Source of the DNA: Guillardia theta CCMP2712
Lineage: Eukaryota > Protista > Cryptophyta
DNA length: 64,000 bases
Reading direction: 5' to 3'
Assembly: GCF_000315625.1 (NCBI RefSeq)
Contig: NW_005434672.1
Coordinates: forward strand, 539,503-603,502
Of this stretch, positions 55,938 to 64,000 are shown one piece after another (the first letter of the stretch is position 1; the number at the start of each line of letters is the position of its first letter). The position numbers and the translations under genes were made by a program. The notes beneath the pieces were generated by a model. It worked only from the letters and a program-made list of their open reading frames with translations, did no database searches and had not been told where the DNA came from.

Positions 55938-56818
55938 CGGACCGACGGCCAGTCAAACTTCAAGTTTGAACTCTGGGCGGAGCCCTCATCACTCCTCAGG
56001 CCCATATCACGGTTACAACGCTCTTTAACGGTTGTAACGCCGGATCGCGGAGGTTTTTTTTCCTCTCCTCGGTTCGCTCGCTCCCTCCCGCCTGCTCCTA
56101 CCCCTCCATTGGTGCCGCATGCGCGGCATATCCTGCCTTCCTGCATGGTCCCCTGGGCTCTTGAGAGTCATTGAAAATCCCAAGACACTTGATGATGCTC
56201 TCCAGCATGTTTGGAAGGCATATCTTGACATGCATGTCTGTGTGCTCCATGTTCTGAAATGAGGGAGGAGATGTTCTAGATTCTTTGATATTCGGGCCCT
56301 TCCAACTCTGAGCGTAGCGATGTGCATCTAGGGTACTTATCTTGGTGTTTTCGCTGTTATGAGGCATCCTTGCATGTCGGCGAACACACAGTTTGAAAAA
56401 TTCGTTTCCTGTGTTCCATGTGCTCATTATCTATGGCACTTGCCTCGCTCAGAGAGGATCAACCTATAGGTCTCGTCTGGGAAAGCAAGCCATATTCTAG
56501 ACCCCATTCCGAGAGATATAGAAAGTGGAAAGTCAAACCTTGAAGATTGAATGGCGGAGAATACCCTTTTTTGTTTTGGACGAATCGCATGCTGCGATCA
56601 GTCAGAAGTGCAAAGAAACCAGCAGTGAAATCCTAGACATGTGCTTGCCTGATATGAGCTGAGTAAAGCATGTAGAAATGTCTATTTGTTTGTTTTTTAT
56701 TCCACGAAGCTGTATCCATTTGTTCTGACTAGTTCTTTTCAGCTACGTTTTGTGCTGGCCGGATTTCTGGCTCTTGAATACAGCTCTGGATACCGAGTGA
56801 AATCGTTCTCGAGCTGAC

Positions 56819-57819
56819 ATGAATATCGTACCGCACATAAATGCCCTTTTTGCTCCAAGGCCTCCACTCGAGTTCAAGCAACCCTACTCTCAGCAAGTTG
56901 GCAAGAAGCGTAAGCTGCCGTATGAAGGTATTGCCAAATGTTTGGATAGTTTTGAAACGCCGGATGAGTACGAAGAAAATTTCAAAAAGTTCAAACCAAT
57001 CGAACAGCGTAAGGAAAGGAGAGAGAGAATAGCTGAGGAACGCAAGACTCTCAGCCAAGACACTGTGAAAGCCAAGGCGGCGGCATGGGATCCGAGCAGC
57101 TACAGCTTTGAGAGCGATGCATATAAGACACTCTTCGTGGGAAGGCTTAGTTTCATGACTGATGAACACAAGCTCAAAAGGGAGATGGAACAGGTTATTA
57201 CTTGTTTGATATTTTCCTTATCTTGTGACTGATTTTTGTTCAGTACGGCCCGGTCAAAAGCGCAGTGCTTGTCTATGACAAGGATACGTCGAAGCCTCGA
57301 GGATATGGATTTGTTGAATTTGAGCATGAGCGGGATATGAAGACTGCGTACAAGCATGCAGATGGACGTAAAATCGATGGTCGGCGTATCCTGGTAGATG
57401 TTGAGCGCGGGAGGACAGTGAAAGACTGGAAACCGAGAAAGATTGGTGGTGGTCTAGGCTCAAGCAGGAAAGACCGTCCAAAGAAGACAAAGCAAGAGAA
57501 GGCGGAAGCTAAACGCGCAGCTGCTATGGCAGCTAAGGCTGCTGCCAGGGCTGCGGCAGCCAAAAGAGAAGAAGCAGCTAGAAGAGAAGAACGAGAGCGG
57601 GCTGCCAACGACAGCAGGGATCGAAAGAGGGATGACAAGGATCGCGAGCGAGATAGGTCTCGAGAACGTGACAGGGAAAAGGACAGAGATCGTGACCGTG
57701 ATAGGGACAGGAACCGTGACCGGGACAGGGACAGGGATCGGGACCGAGACAGGGACCGTCGCCGCGATGACCGGGATAGGCGATATGACGAATACCGAGG
57801 GGACAGGAGGTCGCGATAA
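56819..57819 (+). CDS. SNRNP70: U1 snRNP 70 kDa protein (one intron, 57194-57243)
   Basis: [79 protein letters not shown]-rich tail. Confidence 0.96.
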
Positions 57820-58041
57820 ATGTTGGTTGTTGTCTTTGATGAGATCGCAAGTTCTTAGCTGTCACGGACTTCGTGCCCCAAGGGACTTGCAATTTTTAAT
57901 CTGTCCAATGAAAATGGCGTTGAAACTTTGGTCAAGCTGTGGTGCCTCGGGATTCATTAGTGAAAGAATAATCAATTTACAGATGCAACATTGTTGTATG
58001 TTTCTGTATGAATGCTCTTGTTCCAAAACGGAACTTAGCGC

Positions 58042-59528
58042 TCAGATGTTCAATCCGCAGGAGCTGATGAAGAGCTCACTTGAAGGGACACCAGAGGTTG
58101 TAGCGTATCTGTCATACGGTCAAGGAAGCTGAAGCAACATCTCGCAAAGGCGTTCAACCTTGCAACCATTTTCCTCAAAATTTCGTAGCCTTGCATTAGT
58201 TTTCCGACCACTACGTTCCTACCATCCAGCCACTCTGCCCTGCAGAGTTTGAGCCATAGCTTTTTGTAGCGTGCAGAACAGTCACCTAGCAAGTAGAATA
58301 GCAAATTGAGAATTGTTCGAATCAGGGCCGTTGTTGATCATGGTCAAAATACCTGGCAAAGTCACAAGTCAGTCTTGCAGAAACATGCAAGAGGCGCGTA
58401 AAGGAAAAACAGAGGGCAAGAATGTGGTTCAGGTTCAGGGAGGTTTGGCATTCTTGCATGGAAATAAAGCGGGTTCAATCTTGCCTGGCCCGACATGGCA
58501 GAGCTCGAAACTTTCGTCTGGAAAAGTGTCTCCATAGACTGATCTTCCGCCGGATCCGTCCCCATTCGTAACATCCCCCGATACGACCATGAAGTTTTCT
58601 ATGATGGAATGTACTCGACATCTCCTGTAGGTCAGCTCGTCCTAAAAATCCCGGAGAAGGAAAAAGTTACGACGTGTTTGCCAGCTCACTCTTGAAACGA
58701 TCCATCAACTAGATATGATACCTTGGCAGGATCACCACAACACAGCGAGATAAAATTCTTGGCTGTCCTAGGAACAATGTCTTCGAATATCTCGAATACG
58801 AGCTTACCAATGACAGTATCTTCCGAAGAGAATTCAAGGAAAATCATCTGACCAGGCATCCATGGAGTTAGTGGCGTCTTAAACCTTGTTGTAGGCCACA
58901 AGGCACTCACCGGATTCTTCTTTTGCAGAGCAGGGTTTAGTGCTTGAATGGGATAATCATATATCGTGGGAGAAGCATAGTAATCCTCCACAGTTTCAAC
59001 GAAGGCATTGACCGACTTGAGGGTCTGTCGTTCCCTGTACGCCGTGCTTCCTGTTCCACTCCTATGCAGAATGCACAATCCCAACTCGTCGTCGTTGTCT
59101 ACCGACTTCTCTTCACCTTCTACGTCGGGAACCTCCACCTGCACTGCCCCATTCTCGACTAAACCGGGGCGCGAGACGTCCTGTTTCGATACTGTTTCCC
59201 TCGCCTGTGCTTCGCGAGTGCCTATCGTGCTTGCATTTTCCGTTCTGACAACATCACTTTGAGCCTCTTCCTGGGCAATCTCTATCGGACTTGCATTGAC
59301 TTGCTCCATTGTCTCTCCTTTCCCCACAGTCTCCTCCTCTTTCTCTGTCTTTCCGCCCGAACTTCCTGAGAAGTTGTTGTCCTTTTCACTATCCCTTGCT
59401 CTTTCGTCCTCTCCACCATCTCCTTCGCACTCCTTCTCGTCTTGCTGCTTCTGTGTCTCTCCCTGGCTGCTCTCCTGCCTATCCTCCTCCACGCTCCCCT
59501 CCACCCCTGAGGGTGGCGTCAACGCCAT
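58042..59528 (-). CDS. Cyclophilin-domain protein with long acidic N-terminus and degenerate active site
   Basis: Spliced: GKLVFEIFEDIVPRTAKNFISLC, SGDVTNGDGSGGRSVYGDTFPDESF, GILTMINNGPDSNNSQF, EWLDGRNVVVGK. Confidence 0.92.
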
Positions 59529-59551
59529 CCTCGACTCTCCTGATTGTCCTC
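59528..59551 (-). repeat. Dispersed conserved element, partial copy abutting the cyclophilin ATG
   Basis: Reverse complement gaggacaatcaggagagtcgagga equals 7201-7224 exactly. Confidence 0.85.
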
Positions 59552-59559
59552 ACTGTGAC

Positions 59560-60300
59560 ATAGCCGTGCTTGGCCTGAAAACTGCAGTCCGATCATCATC
59601 GGCGTCAGTAGTTTCAATGACCCCGGCGCTGCGCTGCCCGGCCACTGACACGGTGCGGGCCGGGCCGCCCGGGCCTCACCGTGGCACGGCATTTACTGAG
59701 TTACGGTGGCCGCCCGCCGGCAACTTGCCGCAGTGCAGCCGCGCGGCCGCCGGACTCTCCGACACTGTGACCGTCCGACAGTGCACCGGCGCGGCCCGGG
59801 CCGCGGCGCCCGGCGGCGTGACCGTCCGACGGTCACGCGGCAGCACTGCGGCAGGCCCCCGGGTGACCGGGCCGGTCTGTGCTCCGAGGCTCCGGCCCGC
59901 GGGCCCCGCCACCGGTCGCGGCACGCCGAGTCCACCGCGCCGAGCCTGAGCCTGACTCAGTGTGACCGTACTCCGACACCGGCCCGGCCCCGGGCCCGGC
60001 CCGGGCCCGGCCCCGCGGTCCGGCGTCCGATCACAGTTCAACGGTTCCGACGTCGGACCGACTCGCCGGAAGGCTTCGCGGCCTGCTACCCGCCGCCGCC
60101 GGCGTGACCCCGCGTGACCCGGCGTACAGACTTACTGTCAGTGTCGGACCAACACTGGCCGCTGTGGCCCCGGGGGGCGTGGCAGTTCCCCGCAGTGCAA
60201 GTCTGAGTGTGTCACGGCGGCACGCCGGGCCGGGCCCGCCGGCCCCGGGCCACGGGGCCGTCGGCCGGCGGCGCGGCCACTGTCACAAACACGCCTGAAC
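59560..60300. promoter_or_regulatory. GC-rich palindromic-word island in divergent intergenic region
   Basis: Very high GC with CCCGGGCCCGG, TGACTCAG and CCGATCAC words, followed by a GGGGTAGGGG/ACCCCTACCCC tract. Confidence 0.45.
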
Positions 60301-60880
60301 TTCAGTCACCTCTACCCTAGTTTGCTGACCAAGGGGGTAGGGGGTGGATGTTGGGCTATCGGCCTAGTGGATGTCAGGGGTAGCTGATGGGGGGAAGGAG
60401 GGGTTAGGTGAGGGTCAGCCACTTTCGTATCCCCGGCCCCACCACCCTCAGACTTAGCGACCCACCACCCCCACCCCCTGATTCTATAAATTCTTTCCTT
60501 AGTTTGATAGGGTGCATTACCCACCCCTACCCCCTAAAGCAGTATTTGTTCAAACTGGCGTGTAGATAGCACCTGAATCCCAAGCCGCAGCACCGTCACC
60601 GCATGCCACTGCTGTGAACGATTCTTGTTAGGGCACGGATGCACAAATCATCATGTACATGCGTCCTTTCTTCATCATGATCAGGATAACATGCGTCCTT
60701 TCTTCATCGTCATTATGTTCATCACCATCACCACCATTATCTTCAGCACTATTACCACCTTCACAACCGCCACCATCATGAACATTCTTCCATCGATCTT
60801 GCACACCGAGATTATTCGTTCTCACTGATTTCTGACACGGTTGCAACTGCAAGGTATAAGCAGCATTGGACTCCAAACAG

Positions 60881-63833
60881 ATGCATCTAGGGATGACATC
60901 CCTCCTGCGCTCGAGCCTTTTCTTCCTCTTGGTGGTAATCACCAAAGTCTCCGTGGGTAGCTCTGATAGCACCCACCCTCCTCCTTCCTTGCTCTCTCAA
61001 AGTGTCCTTCGAGGTGGATCCCAGGTAGAATCCCTGGGCCCCAAGGGGGGTGTGAGGCTGCCGAGAAGGCAGGGGTATGCCTGTCATACAGCGCGGCCGG
61101 ACGTTTGTTACAACGAAGAGTTTGAGGAGGACGGGGATTCGAAGATGGGAATCCCTACCAGACAGTACAGGGAGTGCCTGCAACCCGGAAGCGACCCGGC
61201 GACAGTCGCAGGAGAAGCCTCCTACAATGATGATGAAGTGAACCCTCCCCCGCACAGGACAGAGCCCCCGCAGAGCGCTAAACCTGTGGAGTTCGGACAC
61301 GTGTGCGGGAATCTGAAGAAGATGCTGATATCAGGAGGGAACCAAGCGCACATTCGGAAAGAGCTCAAGGAGATGTTTTGCACCATCTTGGCCTCCAGTC
61401 CTGACGACATGACCGCACTCTTGTGCTTTCTTAGAGATCAGATCTCTTCGCCGACACTGGCTGGTATCGAACTGATTCCCTCCAGCATCATCGTCAAGGC
61501 GCTGGCTGAGTCTTGTGGCAAGACCTTCGACGGCGTGCGAGATTGTATCGCCCAGGCGAGCCCTCCTCTCCTCCCCTGTTAACCCCTCCCCTCCTCTCCT
61601 CCCTTCTCCTCCCCTCTCCTCCCCTCTACACACGTCAATGCGACGGATTATCTGCCCGACACTTGGATAATATTTTTTCAGCATAAGAATAATAATGAGA
61701 TCTGTAAATCTGGGGAAGAACTGTACACAATTTGATTGAAAAGGTCACATGTGCGCTGGGCCACTTACTTAGTTTTGTGGCCTCGCTCAGTTCCACTCTC
61801 AATAATCACGTTCAGACATGATGATTTCTTGTCTCACACGAGATTATTCCGATCACTACTTATTAGTACACAGAATGAATCTACCACCTGCACTGCAACA
61901 CTACACTGCTTCCATCTATGAATNNNNNNNNNNNNNNNNNNNNNNNNNNNNNNNNNNNNNNNNNNNNNNNNNNNNNNNNNNNNNNNNNNNNNNNNNNNNN
62001 NNNNNNNNNNNNNNNNNNNNNNNNNNNNNNNNNNNNNNNNNNNNNNNNNNNNNNNNNNNNNNNNNNNNNNNNNNNNNNNNNNNNNNNNNNNNNNNNNNNN
62101 NNNNNNNNNNNNNNNNNNNNNNNNNNNNNNNNNNNNNNNNNNNNNNNNNNNNNNNNNNNNNNNNNNNNNNNNNNNNNNNNNNNNNNNNNNNNNNNNNNNN
62201 NNNNNNNNNNNNNNNNNNNNNNNNNNNNNNNNNNNNNNNNNNNNNNNNNNNNNNNNNNNNNNNNNNNNNNNNNNNNNNNNNNNNNNNNNNNNNNNNNNNN
62301 NNNNNNNNNNNNNNNNNNNNNNNNNNNNNNNNNNNNNNNNNNNNNNNNNNNNNNNNNNNNNNNNNNNNNNNNNNNNNNNNNNNNNNNNNNNNNNNNNNNN
62401 NNNNNNNNNNNNNNNNNNNNNNNNNNNNNNNNNNNNNNNNNNNNNNNNNNNNNNNNNNNNNNNNNNNNNNNNNNNNNNNNNNNNNNNNNNNNNNNNNNNN
62501 NNNNNNNNNNNNNNNNNNNNNNNNNNNNNNNNNNNNNNNNNNNNNNNNNNNNNNNNNNNNNNNNNNNNNNNNNNNNNNNNNNNNNNNNNNNNNNNNNNNN
62601 NNNNNNNNNNNNNNNNNNNNNNNNNNNNNNNNNNNNNNNNNNNNNNNNNNNNNNNNNNNNNNNNNNNNNNNNNNNNNNNNNNNNNNNNNNNNNNNNNNNN
62701 NNNNNNNNNNNNNNNNNNNNNNNNNNNNNNNNNNNNNNNNNNNNNNNNNNNNNNNNNNNNNNGCTGCTCCAGACCTCCGGATGGTGAGTAGCACCAGCAA
62801 TAGGGAGGATCTTCAACCTGCTGATGACCTGCATACCTGTCCTTTTCGATCCTCCCTCTTCCCCCCCTCCCTCCCCTCCTCCCCTCCCTCTCCTCCCTCC
62901 TCCCCCTCCCTCCTCCCTCCCCTCCTCCTCCTTCCCCTCACGAGCGTCTCTGATAAGATCGCCATCATGGTCTCCTCGATCAACCTCTCTGTTGACCTGA
63001 CGGAAGTGTGACCGTTCTTGTCAGGTCATTCCTGTCCTCTTGAAGCATGACATGGCAGACGTGCTCAGGTCCGAGGGGAGGGAGGACTGGAGGGGCTGGG
63101 GGAGAGCGGGAGAAGCTGAAGATGATGTGGAGGAGGAAAGGGGAGGACGGAGAGAAGGAGGAGGAGAATAGAGAGGAGAATAAAGAGAAGGAGGAAGAGG
63201 AGGAGAGTAGAGAGGAGGAGAGAGAGGAGGAGAGGAGAGGAGAGGAGGGAGAGGAGGGGAGTAGAGAAGAGGAGGAGAGTAGAGAAGGGGCAGAGGAGGA
63301 GAGTAGAGAACAGGAGGAATAGGTGGTGGTGGTCGGCGCTTACTAGACCGGCGTGCAGCGCTCTCAACGTGGAGGAGAAGCGACCGCGCATGCTGCGAGG
63401 AGCCAAGTGCCGCGCATTCGAAGCGCTGAGGGACTGGACGGAGCTGGATGTGGGTGCTGGAGGGAGGGAGGGAGGGAGGCGGGGAGGGGGGGAACTTCGA
63501 CCCCTGACGGGACTTGGCAGGAGACGGACTCGCTGCTGAACAGTCAGGAGGCTCAGCAGTCACGGGAGGAGGCGGTGGAAGTTGCCAACGAGAGGAGGAG
63601 AGCCGCTCTGCACCATGGGTTCTCTCCTACCCGCCTTGCGGACATCGAAAGGTGGGAACGAGGACCGCGCTCCTGGGTCCCTCCTCTGCCTACTCTCTCC
63701 CCCCACCCTCCTCCTCCTCCTCCTCTACCCTACCACATCTGTTCCCCAGCTCTCAATCTCAGCTCACTCCAGGTCTCTCTATGCTAAACATCTTGTCGAC
63801 GTCCCTTCTCGAGCATCGCGGATACGCAATGAG
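60881..63833 (+). CDS. DNA ligase I-like protein: signal peptide, DNA-binding domain and degenerate adenylation domain; spans the gap and probably continues past the window
   Basis: LKEMFCTILASSPDDMTALLCFLRDQISSP...IIVKALAESCGKT matches the ligase N-terminal domain. After the gap, APDLRM|VIPVLLKHD aligns with Lig1 VPDLDRIIPVLLEHG. Confidence 0.75.
61924..62762. other. Assembly gap (N run)
   Basis: About 839 consecutive N. Confidence 0.99.
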
Positions 63834-63864
63834 GTGCGACACTGGGCATGGAGAAGTCCTTTGA

Positions 63865-63895
<31 letters not shown>

Positions 63896-64000
63896 GAGGA
63901 GGAGGAGGAGGAGGGGAGCGCGATGACCGCCCTCGTCGTTCCTTTAGGTTGGAGGGGGGGGAGCACTAGGAAGATAAATAACATCTACTTATTGTTAATA

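Noticed and set aside
59296-60298. Arg/Gly/Pro-rich ORFs over the GC island (also 7229-7481 and 42336-42860)
   Set aside because: Stop-poor because of extreme GC content, open in several frames on both strands, and without recognisable protein features.
61818-63011. Long ORFs containing X runs
   Set aside because: They are produced by the N gap.
63322-63345. VVVVGAY* resembling the ligase OB-domain motif with TAG readthrough
   Set aside because: It lies inside a predicted intron and in the wrong order relative to motif I. Nothing else suggests stop recoding; TAA, TAG and TGA all terminate genes here.

Overview
This is a gene-dense eukaryotic nuclear window with many short spliceosomal introns (mostly about 40-60 nt). 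It is inferred to come from a cryptophyte-like alga (Guillardia/Hanusia type), based on an ASAF-type bipartite plastid leader, an LRGG-containing leader, a stand-alone PDZ protein and flagellar genes. Recognisable genes, spliced by hand: K+-independent H+-pyrophosphatase, casein kinase 1, Rab2, PDZ protein, TraB-domain protein, plastid VOC/glyoxalase-like protein, galactokinase/GALK2-like kinase, enkurin, F-box protein, PD-(D/E)XK nuclease-like protein, six-finger C2H2 protein, PAQR, U1-70K, a cyclophilin and a DNA ligase I-like gene interrupted by an assembly gap. The most notable observations are: (1) a signal-peptide/LRGG-bearing DNA ligase I homologue whose adenylation Lys appears replaced by Ala; (2) an H+-PPase lacking the basic ion-gate residues; (3) a GA-AG intron required to build a canonical zinc finger; (4) a probable catalytically dead cyclophilin; (5) a Tat-type lumen-targeted VOC protein; (6) a CK1 ending in a CaaX-like CQQQ; (7) a dispersed 24-53 bp conserved non-coding element, plus GC-palindrome and GGGGT islands at gene 5' ends. 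All family calls come from motif recognition, not database searches. Coordinates of spliced genes are gene spans and some starts are approximate.
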